64,000 nt of DNA from Hormiphora californensis (lineage: Eukaryota; Animalia; Ctenophora). The notes beneath the pieces were generated by a model. That model was not told the DNA's origin. It did not search any database and was given only the letters and a program-made list of their open reading frames with translations. The position numbers were made by a program, and so were the translations under genes. Of this stretch, positions 13,966 through 40,975 are shown piece by piece. The stretch covers positions 7,006,001-7,070,000 of the forward strand of contig CM035353.1 in the NCBI GenBank assembly GCA_020137815.1. Direction: 5' to 3'. Position 1 is the first letter of the stretch; the number at the start of each line of letters is the position of its first letter.

Positions 13966-15743
13966 CAACCCCAGCGCCAGATGATCGCGGACCACATTAA
14001 TATAGTGCCCAGATATCCGTACACGGACACCACTAGTGCTCAGATCAGATAACTAATCAAAAAAATAAAGTTTTTATCTCTATATCGTCTCTCTATATCG
14101 ATCATTTTCTCTTCCCCCGGCCACCCAGCGCCAGATGATCGCCGGCACATATAATATAGTGCTCCAGATCTCGTAACCGGACACAATCGTGCTCCAGATT
14201 CACGATAATAAGAATATCAAAAACTAAAGTTTTATCTCATCTCGTTTCTCTAATCGATCATTTTCCTCCCCGGCAACCCGCGCCAGAATCCCGACACATT
14301 TATAGTGCTCCAAAACCACGGACACACATAGTGCTCCAGATCACAGATAATAATCAAAAACATAAAAGTTTTATATCTCATACTCGTCTTCTCTATATCG
14401 ATCATTTTCTTTTCCCCTGGCCAACCCCAGCGCCAGATGATCGCCGGACACATATAATATAGTGCTCCAGATATCCGTATTCCGTACCGGACACACATAT
14501 AGTGCTCCAGATCACAGATAATAATCAAAAACATAAAAGTTTTATATCTCATACTCGTCTTCTCTATATCGATCATTTTCTCTTCCCCCGGCCAACCCCA
14601 GCGCCAGATGATCGCCGGACACATATACTATAGTGCTCCAGATATCCGTACCGGACACACATAGTGCTCCAGATCACAGATAATACAGTCGGACCCCGAT
14701 TTAGTGGCCCCCGATTTAGTGGCACCCCGATTTAGTGGCAGGATTTTTTTTCCCCAAAAAATTTTTTGAATTTTTTTGTGAAATTTTTTTGAAATTTTTT
14801 TGAAAATTTTTCAAAGAAACACCAGCCACGTCCGAATCGTTTTTCGAATCAGTGAATCTTATCACATGTCCTGCTGCTAATTAGACGGTTCGGAACGAAC
14901 CGATACGTGATTCCCATGGGGCCATTGAATCACAAGTTCACCAAGCGTAAATATTTCGACTCGATGGGGATCACGTTTCGATTCGTCCCGAACCGTCTAA
15001 TTAGTAGCAGGACATGCGATAAGATGCACCGATTCGAAACAGGATTCGGACGTGGCTGGTATACCTTTAAAAATTTTAAAACTTGTTTTGCAAAATTTTA
15101 CAGTAAGATTGCCAATGCTTTGATCGGTGCTCCCCATAAATTTTAAGAGAAAAAGTTATTTTGAAATTTTGATACTTCCTCACCCGCTTAGGGTGCCCCA
15201 ATTCGGCATGGTCTCACGTATCGGTTCGTTTCGAACCCGCTAATTAGACAGGATATCCAGTAAGCTGCACCGATTCGAAACACAAATCGGACGGGCCGGT
15301 ATAACTTAGAAAATTTTTCACAATTTTTTTGAAAAAATTATTTTATAGTTTTCTATTTCTAATCAGAAATGATCATGTCAACAATACATGAACATTGCAT
15401 ATAACAGTTAGAGGTGTCTTTAGTTTTAGTATAGCATTTTGGGCATAAAATATGTTTTTATGGGCCAAATATGGCTCACCTCGATTTAGTGGCACCCCGA
15501 TTTAGTGGCATGATTTTTTCCCCCGAGGATGCCACTAAATCGGGGTCCGACTGTAATCAAAAACATAAAAGTTTTATATCTCATACTCGTCTTCTCTATA
15601 TCGATCATTTTCTCTTCCCCTGGCCAACCCCAGCGCCAGATGATCGCCGGACACATAATATAGTGCTCCAGATATCCGTACCGGACACACATAGTGCTCC
15701 AGATCACAGATAATAATCAAAAACATAAAAGTTTTATATCTCA
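13966..15743. repeat. Tandem array of ~160-bp units (about 5-6 copies), interrupted by a MITE
   Basis: The motif gtgctccagatcacagataataatcaaaaacataaaag... recurs at ~14036, 14189, 14331, 14502, 14664 and 15694. Confidence 0.9.
14686..15553. mobile_element. Tc1/mariner(pogo)-type non-autonomous element, long form (868 bp), TA target duplication
   Basis: TIR CAGTCGGACCCCGATTTAGTGGC at both ends. Empty repeat units read cagataaTAatcaaaa, which confirms the TA duplication. Internal ~95-bp inverted repeat 14821-14918 / 14963-15060. Confidence 0.9.
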
Positions 15744-17955
15744 CTAGAAAGCCCATTGAAGTCCTACAACAGCCCCTCACCCCCCCCCACCCAACCCGTC
15801 TCTATGCCCCCCCCCCATCTCACTCTTCGTCTCTCCATGTCGGGGTAAAGAATACGGAGGTTGGTAAAATGGTAGAGCGCTGGTGATAAACATCAAGAGA
15901 AATCCCGCTGAATAGGTTGTGCCGTCGGAACTAATGCCATCCCAAACCATGTTGTCTAGCTGTACAACCACGCTGCTCTCTCGTGCGACTCTTGATTGAA
16001 GAGCAACCATCAATGTTGATATTCAATTAGCAGTCTATACTCATGTGACGGAGAGAGCAGGGCTGTGCAGTGTTCGTGTCGAAAAGACAGAGGGCAAGAT
16101 GGGGCGCGGTGAATTCATGTTTTGTAAGGCAGCCCTTGAGATACAGAAACAAAAGGTTAACTCCTTGCAAAACTATGGATGCGGAGAAGATACGAAAAAA
16201 AAAAAAAAAAAAAAAAACATGTAGAATCAGGTGATAAAGATCCTAAATTTAGCTTGTAAGAATCAAAAGGGGTCGTAGTAAAAGGCTTTGGGTCATGGAG
16301 GTCCCACAAGACCCAAAGCCCACGGAACAAAACAGGAACCCAATAACAACCAAAAAAAATGCACGTCATATCCCCCCCCAATACCCCCCCCCCTCCCCCC
16401 CCTTGCAACCCCCCTATTTTCACTGAGAAACCTCCTCCCCTCTCACGACGTTATTTGTACTTTAAATAAAGGGCTAGAAAACCCCCTTTAAGTAGAGCAC
16501 CCTTGCCCCCCCCCAAATTCCCCCACCTCCCCCCACCCGGAGCCCCCTCTCACCCCCCTGCAACACCCACGTGCAACCTTCAATCACCCCTCGTAGCTGG
16601 CTTTGGCACTTCCTTGGCAACCCCACCATTTTTACGTGGGTACTAATCCCCCCTCCTCCCATCACGCCACTCTTTGCCTTTTAATAAGGCCAGAAAGCCC
16701 ATTGAGCCCCAAAACCCCCCCCCCCCCCCCCCCGCTCTAGTCCCCCCCCTTTACTCTTCTCTCCCCATGTCGGGGAAAAGAAACGAGGTTGTATTGTAGA
16801 CGCGGTGAAAAACATAAAAGGGAAATCCCGCTAAATAATTAGAATAGGTGAAAAAAGATCCTAATTGTATTGGGTTGTAAGAATAAGGGTACGTAGGTAA
16901 AAAGGGTTTTGGGCAATCAGGGGGGCCCCCAGTTAGACCCAAAACACCACAAAAACACACAGAACCCACAAAAAACAATCATGCCTGCAATCCCCCCCCA
17001 ATACCCCCCAGGGCACCTCCTTGCAACCCCCTTTTTTTTCACGTGATATAGGTCACCCCCCTCTTAAACCACGACGTTCTTTGTATTTTTAAAAATAAGA
17101 TACTCGTCTTCCTATATCATCATTTTCTCTCTAATTCTTTCTAACGCTAAACGCTTTTAAACCCCCCCCCCCCCAGGGGCAAATCCGTTTTTTGGGGAAG
17201 CCTCTCAGGTCACCGGGACTCGTGAGCCTAAAAAAAGGTCCAACTTATCACCCGCCTCCCCAAACCCAAACCAACCAAAATGCATACTTTGGAGTAAAAA
17301 AATGGGAAAAAAATTGAAAAAATTTACTTTGTCAAAGCCCTTTTCCCAAAAAAATAAAAGGAAATAAAAAGGTTTTTTGAATGAAATATTTATTTTTCTT
17401 CAAAAGGTGAAGAAAGCTTTCCAATAAATATTGTGTTCTATATCCCTCTCTCTCTCTCTCTCTCTCTCTCTCCTAGTTCATACATTCCATATAAAAATCG
17501 AATATTAAGTTAACTATAGCTGACCAAACAAACCGCCTGTTACACCCATTGGCCGACTCCCGACAGTGCCAAGACACACCCGCGACGTGTGACGTCATGA
17601 CGTGTGACGTCATGACGGCTCCCAGCATTATGTAGTTGGGTACGTTTCATAAAGTCATCAATTCTTTATTTCTACTGTCGTCAGTTTCCCTTGTTCGACA
17701 CTCTCTCCACAAAGGAAGGTTAGAAGTTAACAATCGATTCATCCATGTGTAGTTAACTCCAATTGTTTTGCCGGGCAAGACAACAATTGCCCCATCGGTT
17801 TTACTAAAAATTTCATAAGGCGGTGGTCCTGATCAAAAACTAAATACAGCAACCGGCCCTTACAAGTAATAACCCCCCGTACTTTATTTTTCCACATTTA
17901 CCGAGTGAGACGGGTCGCCAGCGACCGGATCGTCTCACATCTAGGCCCCTCCCCC

Positions 17956-18430
17956 GTTATTGATTTTAGAGCAAACTTTTCAAGACCTGGCTGCAAGGAA
18001 CTACGAACCGTTTTCAACTCTTTTTTCTCCCGGCAGATAATTGTCTCTGTTTTACGGAAAAAACCCGCGAAAATCACATTTGGAATAGTGGGGAAAATTG
18101 ACGCTAAAAATGAGCAATTTTTTAAAGACCGGCTGCAGCTCCACCGGGCCTGGGCAATCTGGGTACTTTTTTAATCGTCATGGCCTTGTGAGTAGGGGAA
18201 AAAATCCCGGGCCGATCCATCAAAGTCCAAATTGGAGGCGGAAATTGGGGTTTTTTTGGTAGTGCTATGTCGGCAAAAATCCCCTGCTAAAAAAATAAAA
18301 TCGCGCCATTTGATATTTCCCATTTGCTGAAAACGTGTTTTAAACATCCCGAAACGGGGGGATTTTCTTGCTGTCCACGGGCCGGGGAGCCTTTTCTCGC
18401 GGAGCGAGAATAGGTTCCCAATGGACCCCA
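17956..18430. mobile_element. Interspersed repeat, Helentron/HINE-like; same family as 44260-44738 and 45261-45596
   Basis: gttattgattttagagcaaac...cttttctcgcggagcgagaatagg aligns to the reverse complement of 44260-44738. Confidence 0.7.
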
Positions 18431-21400
18431 AGAAACTTTAAGTAGATGTTAAATTAAGGAAGGTATGTAAAGTGACAACCATGACAGGCAGGGAAGTGGT
18501 GAGTGGGGGCATAAAAGAAGTATAGAAAAGGGAAAGAGGGAGAGAGGGGAGGGGCCAAGTGCAGTTTTCAATAAAAACCGGGAATTTGTCATCAATTTTG
18601 GTTGTTTTTTCAATTTCACAAAATAAAATTTAGTAAGTCGATAACTACACCCGACCCCCCCAAATTGGGTTCCGTTTTGTCACATCATTTGGGAGCCTGG
18701 GACCCCACCTCTAAAGGTGTTTTTTTTTCCCAAAAACTTTTTTTCATCTTGGTTAATCAGCAGTTGAAATGTTTTTTTGATCAAAAAAAAAACCTGACAA
18801 AATTTTTTTTCAACTTTTTTAAAACCATGGGTGTAAAAAGTTGCTCTAGGTCCCCGGAAAACCATCCGAGCCCCCCGGAAAAATTTTCCCAAAGCCGTTC
18901 TCCCTGAAAATCTTTAAACCCCGGGGTAGAGCCCCTATTTGATATGGACGAAACGTCCCAATTGCCACAACCTCAAAACTTTAATGTAAAACTTTTTGGC
19001 TCCTCTTTTTCTTTTCTCCCCCTTGAGAAAGAGTTATCTCGCGCGGGAAACCCGCACGGGGGTTTTTCCAGAAGGTGAAAGACATAAAATAACTTGAAAA
19101 CACCTGCCAGCGCTCCGTAGTCCCCCTTGGTTTTTTTTTTCTCCACCGGGTTTAAGATTACGGGAGAACGGCTTAAAATTTCTTTTTGGGTTTCTCCGGA
19201 GGGTTTTCTCAGGGGACCTAAAAGCAATTTTTTGACCCCCCAGGGTTTCCCCCCCAAATTTAAAAAAATTTAGTCGGGTTTTTTTGGGTTATGATCAGCA
19301 ACTTTTCAACTCCCCTGATTCCCCCAAGAGGAAAACTTTGTAAAAAAGTAACACCTGTTTAGGGGTCGTGTCGAGGCTCCAAACAATTTGAAAAAAAAAC
19401 GGGAAAAATTGGGGGAGGGGGCAATGAGTTATCGACTCTACTAAATGGGACAATTTGCTTTTTTTGGGGGGGAAAGGGGGGAGGAGGGGAAGAGGGGGAA
19501 GAAAAGAAAAAAAAAAAAATTAAATGGGCAGAAAAGAGGGAAAAAAGGAAATGGGGAAAAAATTTTCTTTCGGGGTGGGGCCTCTGTGGAGAGCGCGCCC
19601 CCCTAGCGGGCCCCGAAAATTCCCCAATCCGCCCCCCTTCCCCCCCCTTTTTCTCCCCCTCTCTCTCTCCCCCTTTCCCCTCTCCCCCTCTCCTCCTCTC
19701 CCCTCTCCCCGCTCCTCTCCCCCCTCCTCCTCTCTGCTCTCGGCCCTGTGTCAAAAATTAGGTCCCGTTAAGGGCCCCCCTTTTTTTCCCCCAAAAGGCC
19801 CCGGGGGGGCCAACCAAAATTTTTTTAAGGGGGAAAGGAAAAAAAAATTGTAACACCCTCCCCCCCTCCCCCCCTTGGGGTTTTTTTCTCCCCCGGGAAA
19901 TGTTAAAAAGGTGAAAATCTCTTTAAACCCCAGGCTGGGGGGCCCCGGGGAATTTTCCCCCCCATTTTTCCCCCAAGGTTGAAATTTTAGTTTTTTGTTT
20001 AACAGAATTTTAAACCTTTTAAACCCAAAAAAACTTTTGAAAAATAAACCTTTTTTTGGGTAGGTCCAAAAAATTTACCCCTGAACGGGGGGAATTGAAA
20101 AGACCCTTTAAAGGGCGTGAAATTTAAAGGGGAAAAAAAAAGGGGAGGGGGAAGAGAGGAAAAAAAAGGGGGAAGGGAAAAAAAAAGGGGAAAAGGGAAA
20201 GGGGGGGAAAAGGGGGGGAAAGGGGGGGTTGGTGTTTGGGGGAAGGGTTTTTCCCCCCGGGCCTTTTTGGGGGGTGTGGTTTTTTTTCCCCTTTGCTTCT
20301 CCCCTTTTTTTGGTTTTAAAACTTTGCCCCCTTTCCTATTTTCCCCCCCCCTCGGGGGGGGGTTTTTCCCCCCCCCCGGGGGTTTTTTTTTCCCCCCCCC
20401 TTTCCCCCCTTTTTTTTGGGGGGGTTTTTTTTTTTTTTGGGGGGGACCCCCCCCCCCCCCCCCCCCCCCCGGGGGGGGGGGTTTTTTGGGGGGCCCCCGG
20501 GAAACCTCCCTTTGGGAAAGAAAAATTTTACCTGGCCTTTGGGGGCCTGGGGCTCCTGTTTTGGGGCCCTTTTTGGGGGGAAAAAAATTCCCGGGAATTT
20601 TTAAAAAATATTTTTTTCCCTTCTTTCCCGGCTCCCCTTTTTTCCTTTTCTCCTTCCCCCCTTTTTTGGGGTTTAAAATTATCAATTTTCCCAAAACCAC
20701 AAAATTTTTTTGGGTGGGTTTCCAAAAAAAGGGGGAAAGGGGCCCAATTTTATTATGTGTAGGGATTTGGTTGGATTCGTGAACTCTGTAAATCATCCCT
20801 AAATTGCGGGCTATTATTTTACTTAATGTTTTGTATAATATAAATTCAACGCCAAATCGACCAAGAATAGATTCTTAGCTTGGCTAATGGCTAATGGCTA
20901 CGCAAAAAAGGTCTGAAATTGCATTTTGGCCAAATTTTGTTGACGAGTTAATAACTTATGGCCACGTGCACGTGGCCATGATCACACCCCTCTGTATCCC
21001 CCCCCTCACAGAGGGGGGATATGCTGTTGGTCACATTGATACCTGAGTGAGATCGATCTCACATATTCTTCACGGAGCGAGAATTATAGATTGCAATGGA
21101 TCCAAGGGATGCTGCACAAACCAAATTTATGTCATAATTAACAGATTAGTCAGAAGTACTTAGCTCCACCCCTTATTACAGTGTGAGTCCATCCGCTCCC
21201 TTGCATCTCTCATAGCAGCACTGACCAGTGACCAGTGGTCCACCACTGACCACTGCCTATAAATGATATAGAGAGGAGATAGGAGAGTCAGACGGGGTAA
21301 AAATTGTAGAAGGTCGACAAATCTACTATCTAGGGGGGGGGGGGGGTGATGTAACTTCCTCGACATATAATAATACCACTATTATATACGGGCACCTGAC

Positions 21401-21518
21401 AGGTCTTTAGAAATATTATAATAACTCACACGTTATAATATTACTGCAGATTATTATATATCAATATAAGTAATAATCCTGCAGTGTTGTTGAGTAAGGC
21501 TAATCAACAACTGCAGTC

Positions 21519-21609
21519 ATGACATGATAACCCAAGAGGGAGTGTGTGAACATTGTTCACACACTCCCTCTTGGGTTATCACACACTCCCTCTTGGGTTA
21601 TCATGTCAT
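21519..21609. repeat. Short palindrome with an internal duplication
   Basis: atgacatgataacccaagagggagtgtgtgaaca-t-tgttcacacactccctcttgggttatca...tgtcat; related half at 51465-51486. Confidence 0.85.
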
Positions 21610-21911
21610 TTTATCGTGTTTCCCTCGGAAAGGTCTTGGTTGCAGTTCGCAACCGGTTGAACTTGAAGGCCTTATATACTGATTACTGGTGTTAGGATGT
21701 CCATGGACAATCAGTTCTTCCTAACCCGAGATTTGAAGTCTTTATCTTATCATGGGTCCTAAGAAGTGTGATCCAAGGAAGCGTGGCGTGCTAGGTCCGG
21801 ATGAAGTCTCTGCCCAGCGATGAGGCTTAATTTTGTGCAATGCAATGATATGCGGCTTTTTGCCAAAAAATGAGAGTAAGTGGGGGACGTCACACGCAAA
21901 TACGACGCCGT

Positions 21912-22335
21912 ACGTGAAAAGGGGGGGGGGTGACAACTTCCCGCCTGCTGTATTCACCCAGATTGTTGGCAAACGCTGCTGGCCCCCGCGGGATAAGGCA
22001 GCACTTTTCAACCCAGATTGTAACGGCGCCCTTTTAACTTTGCCCCTTTTCATCGGCCAGCGTTAAAATCTGGGTGTTTTGGGAGTGCTGACAAACGGTT
22101 TTTTAGGGTTAGGGCTAAAGTAGGGTTAGGGTTAGGGTTGGGGTTTGGGTTGGGGTTAGGCCTTGACATTCCCTATACCAGATAAACTTTGAATCAGCCA
22201 AAACGGTTGAGTGGTTTGGCGGTTAGAGCCATTTTAGTGAATCAACTTTTTTGGCAGCGCGCACCTGTAAACAGGCCTCCAAACACCCAGATCGTAAAGT
22301 CGGATTTTTTGAAGTTGTCACCCCCCTTTTCGTGC
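21912..22335. mobile_element. Non-autonomous TIR element with an internal telomere-like (TTAGGG) tract
   Basis: gaaaagggggg-tgacaacttc / gaagttgtcacccccctttt inverted ends; degenerate TTAGGG run at 22103-22160. Confidence 0.6.
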
Positions 22336-22711
22336 GCGGAATGTTTTTGCGCGTCACATCACATGTTAACGTGTGGTGTGCGCGTCAAAATTGATAAATT
22401 TCACATGCGCGGTCATTTTGGGGTGACAACTTCAAAAAATCCGACTTTAAACGGCGCCCCTTTTCATCGTCAAGAAAAAAATCCGATTTCATGATATAAA
22501 AAATTGGCGCGCGGCGCGTTCTACCAAATGCGCGTTTTTGTTTTGCGCGTTTCGTAATTTCGAGTACTGGAAAGCGTCATATTTATTATTAGCCAAATCA
22601 CAATCATTTATTTTCCTCCGGAACAGTGATACAATTGAAACACAATTAATTTTAATTCGGAACCAGCCTTGGAAACAGTATACACAATATTTTCAGTGTA
22701 CTTGACTACAC

Positions 22712-22748
<37 letters not shown>

Positions 22749-23565
22749 TCTCTCAAAACCTAATAACATGTCTGAGAATTGTACATGCACTTGTGTGCAC
22801 AATTATTGTAATAACTATACATTATAATCGTATCATTAGCTAAACCCCATACATTATAATATGCTTTAAGTGATAGAGATATAATTTTAAGATTCAGATT
22901 AAATTTTCAATCCTTGACTCAATATAATTATAAAACTTAGGTATTCTGTCGATAAAGTTCTCGCGGTAGATCCTCATATATGAAATATGAATGTTTGTAC
23001 ATATTGGCTGATAGCGATAAGTTCAAACAAAACAGTCTTTCATCCCACTTTTCGCTCTGAGCTTTAACACTAAAAATCTACAAAATAAACAACACTCCAT
23101 AATATCGTAACATTAACTTTTTCAGATCCCACTTTTCGAAAATCAGTAATTCATGGTTCGAGTTTATGCTGCATAAGTATTATACTCGTATACATACATA
23201 TAAAACTTATTTAAAAATGATTAAAACGTTAGTCTTAACAAAAACGCCAGTTATCCCCAAAAGTCGTCTGTAATACTTGATTGTATATGTAAATGTGGTG
23301 TATGTTGTCTTTACGAAATATTTTTAACAATAATAATACTAGATGTTGTGGTAGGATTTCACAATGAATACACATGTATGATGATCGTTCATTCCACACA
23401 CGGGTATAATAATAGTAAGGGGGAGGGGGTAAACATATAATATATAGATATGTTCAAAAGTCCAAAAGTCCAAAGCCGTTTCCGATTCGTTTTAACATGT
23501 AGAGTATATCACGTGATCATCCTTGGACCGGGTCACGTGATGCCCATATATGGTGTGCACGTGAT

Positions 23566-36807
<13,242 letters not shown>

Positions 36808-37583
36808 TTCCGTGTGGAGTCAGTACACTGGAGGACGGGAGAGAGAGGGAGAGTTATAGAGGGAGAGTTAGAGAGGGAGAGATAGATGGGGAGACATATG
36901 GGAACTATTTGGTTCAATTTCAAACTATCACAACAGATTCAAGCACCTTGAGAATCAATTACACATGACACACATTCTACGCGGCCACGTTAGCAACTAT
37001 AGTGAAGTCCTAAAAGACGATCCTCACACAAAATACAACCCAACAGACTATCTGATTACATGATAGTTATTCAACTACTGAAACAACTTACCAAATTAGC
37101 ACTGCTCTGGTTCAAAACCGAAAATAGGGTCGTCAAAAAGAGAGAGAGGGTGTCCCGAAATTAGGCAACTGTAGTTAGTACTGGACTTTAACACGTCTTC
37201 CATCATATACACATATCACGTCACACCCCGGGTTGTTTGCGGAGGCAATATGCGAGCAGAAATTGACAGACTTCAAATCTACGCCGCGCCGCGCATGTAA
37301 AAAAGCGGCGCATAAAATAAAAAGTAGCGCGTTACGTTCAACTAAAAGGCGTTTCAAACGACTTGACCTGAGATTCCTGGAAATTCAGGATTTCCCCTTT
37401 GTAAATACACGCGCAATGCGCCAAATTTCAAGAATTACGGGTCAAGTCGCTTGAAACGGACTTTAACGGTTGAGACTTATTGAGCTGCGCGACTCAATTA
37501 AAAAATTCTGGCTTCAGGAAACGTTAAATTCTGGGATTTGAAATGCAGGCCAGTTTCATGGATGTGCGGTTTTCTTGCCCGTT

Positions 37584-37677
37584 AGAGAAAGAGAAAGAGA
37601 AAGAGAAAGAGAAAGAGAAAGAGAAAGAGAAAGAGAAAGAGAAAGAGAAAGAGAAAGAGAAAGAGAAAGAGAAAGAA
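37584..37677. repeat. (GAGAAA)n hexamer microsatellite
   Basis: Direct inspection. Confidence 0.95.
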
Positions 37678-38783
37678 ACCATCTGCACTCTCCCTATCCC
37701 TCCCTCTCCCTCTCCCTCCTCCCTCCCTCCCTTCCCCCCCCCTCTCCTTTTTCCCCCCCCTTTCCCCCCCCCCATTTTTCCCCCCCCCCCCCATCCCCCC
37801 TTTCCCCCCACCCCCCCCCCCCCCCCCCCCCCCCCCTTTCCCCCCCCCCTCCCCCCTCCCTCTCCCTCTCCCCCCCCTTTCCCCCCCCCCCTCCCCCCTC
37901 CCTCTCCCCCCCCTCCCCTCCCCTCCCCCCCCCCCCCCCCCTCCCCTCCCCCCCCCCCCTCCCTCCCCCTCCCCCCTCCCCTCCCCTCCCCTCCCCCTTT
38001 CCCTCCCCTTTCCCCCCCCCCCTTTTTCCCCAAAAAAAGGGGTTAAAGGACCGGAAATTTAAAAACTTTACTTTAACCTTGGTTTAAACCCCCTTTTAAA
38101 ACTTTTTTTACCAAACCTTTTTCCCCCCTTTTTCCTGACCTTTTTTGCAAAACCTTTACCATAAGGTTAAAAAAACCCAACCAAAAAACCAAAAATTTTA
38201 CAAAAAAAAATCCAGCTTCGAAGTTTATTCATCAATTTTAAATCCATTTGTGGCAGGGAAACACCGCATTATTAATACATAATGCAATAATTCTTGTTTT
38301 AATACATACATACAACTTTAACAAACAGCATTAAACATATTAAACATATCTTAAAAGTGCGTGAATTCAACCTAAAATACAGCGCAAAAGTGAAATTGAA
38401 ATGGTAAAACATTAAAAATACAACACTCGTTTAACACCAGCATGCTAGAATTAAAAACATTAAACACATTAAAGAACACTGATAAACTGGCATATCTGTG
38501 GAAGATATACACATGATCATGGGAATCATTATACGTGGGAACCTAATATTATCACATAGGAGTGTAATTTGTAAACGTGGTCTCACTATATTGCATTGAC
38601 GCTCATTATATAGATGATTTTTGCCCCAAAACAAACACGTACACATACATTTACATTCAAACCTCGCGAACAATGAACATCGGTGGAATTTCAAAGTCTC
38701 GCGTTTTTTTACTTGTTAATGAAATTATTATACCCCACACTTCTGTCTCTGAGAATTCACGGCCAGAAAATTATGACAGCGAA

Positions 38784-40920
38784 TTAAACAAATTTTTGGT
38801 TTGTTTCTGGATGGGTTGGCCGCTGGGAAATGTAAGGTGATCGGAGAAGCCTACCCTGCGTCATAACTATAGGTCCCGTGCCAGCTGTTGTTCCTTGACG
38901 TATTTGCTGTTTTTTCCTGTCCAGGTTTTTGATAACCCTCCAATACACCATGAAAGGGTTGATGGTAGATGCGAGGAAGATGGCTGTGTGGAACTGCTGC
39001 TTAATGTACCCGGATAGTACAGTTGCGTGACGGTTTGCTATAAACGGAATCTGAAACATCATCATGATGGGGTCCAACTTGCATAAACAACTAACAGTGC
39101 TGCTTGCAGTCAAAATACGGTATCGCGGAATACAGTAATGAGACACACACGTTGCATAGCCATATAACGCGCGGCAAAAAGTTCATGTGTCAGCACGTAC
39201 TAGCGTACTGATTGGCCACGGTTGCGTGTCGTCTTACTGTATCTTCGTTTTCCATTACCGTTTTCCCACTACAAGCGACCGTGTAAAACATACCAAGCAA
39301 ATTATAGGTTGTTGTTTTCTACTTTATAGACATGTAATTTTACCACTAAATAATTATGCAGCAACTTATATAATTACCTGAAACCCCATCAAATAGAGAG
39401 TGATGCAAACGCAATAAAACCAGAGGTAACCGTAGAGCAGGGTATTCGTCGTCACCAACATCAGCACAGTCATACTCGCCTTTGTCAGCGTTTTTATCCG
39501 GTGGTTCTCGGGGGTAAGAGAAGATGATGTGGATCTGAAATCATACTATTATTAAAGCAAATAGGGAAATGATGGGTGATGGTTTTTTACCAAATATGGC
39601 ACAAAATTCCTGGAAATGGCCTTTTGCACGTGTTGTCCCTAGAGGGACCCTGGCAACCTGCCAGCTTTAGCCTTAAACTGCACGTGCATCCTTGATTCAT
39701 CTCTCTGCCGGTTGTGTGATTGATCGTTTGCTCGATTTGATCTGTTCACCCCCTGTTCACCACATTTCGTGAACATGACTACTCAACTTCAACACAATCG
39801 CCAGCGAGTTTGGAGGAGCCATATGTCCCAAACTGGCGCTGACGCCTATAGACTACGTGATAGAATCCTACAAAAGAGGTGATTATTATTCAAAAAATGT
39901 TGTCAACACACGTAATAACAAAGTATCAATGGCACTAATAAGAAATGGCAGTAATACGTGAAAGTATTTTGCAAATGTGCTCCTTCATAAAATACTTTAG
40001 GACCTGGCAAAAGAGGACCCGTGGTTTTTCTGTCGAAAGAATCGCTGTGGTTAATTTACCTGATAAATTTACTGATTTTAAAAATTTCAAATGATACTAC
40101 ACTATTTGCTTAGTTTACTGTATGACCATTGACCATCCCCGACATTCGCCCGTAGGGCGAGCGGGCTTACTAGTTTAATAAATTGGTATTAGACAATTTT
40201 GACCGGTGATCTAAGTTTTCACAGTGCACCGTTTCCACCGGTTACAGTGCACTGTGAAAACTTAGACCACTGCAAAACACTAGTAATTATAAAGTAAAAT
40301 ACCGTTGAAGTGGTATATGAAAAATTAGACACTTTCTAGTCACACACACAGTGTAAACATAATTACGTCACTACACAGTACACACGCCCTAACTACTGCA
40401 CAGTGCACACGCCCTAACCCTTATCTTTTCTTCCCCTCTGCAAATAGTACGTGTAACGGGAGGTCAACGTGAACTTAGGTCAACCACACAACAAGGAGGT
40501 CACGATCTGCTGTCCAAACATGGCTCGATGGCAACTAGAGGTGCGCAAGAGCAAAAGTATTAGGGAAGAAAAAAAAGGAGAGGGAGAGAGAAAAAGAAAG
40601 AAGCAGGAGAGAGAGAAGGAAAAAGAAGGAGAAGAGAGAAGAGAGCAAGAAGACAGAGAGAAGAGAAGATAGAGAGAGGGAGAAGAGAGAAAGGATAGAG
40701 AATGAGAGAGAGAGACGAGAAGAGAAGAGAAGAGACGAGAGAGCAGAATAGAGCAAGAGGAGGAGACAAAGAGAGAATAACGGCGATAGAGAGAGAAGCG
40801 CAGAGAAGTGGAGAGAGAGCGAGAGAGAGAGGAGAGAAGAGATAGAGAGAGAGAGAGAGAGAGACTAGACTGAGAGAATTAGCCGCTCGATGCTCTCGCT
40901 AGCGTCTCTCTCTTCTCTCT

Positions 40921-40975
<55 letters not shown>

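Noticed and set aside
16690-17130. Apparent duplication of 15745-15910 and 16230-16460
   Set aside because: Differences are mostly homopolymer noise; cannot separate a real duplication from mis-assembly.
18500-20800. Long Gly/Lys/Pro/Phe-rich ORFs
   Set aside because: Homopolymer-inflated, unpolished sequence; similar at ~3900-5450, 16150-17450 and 37680-38220.
38950-39050. Opsin identity for the class A GPCR
   Set aside because: No lysine at the retinal-binding position of TM7 (TAIFLASTINP).
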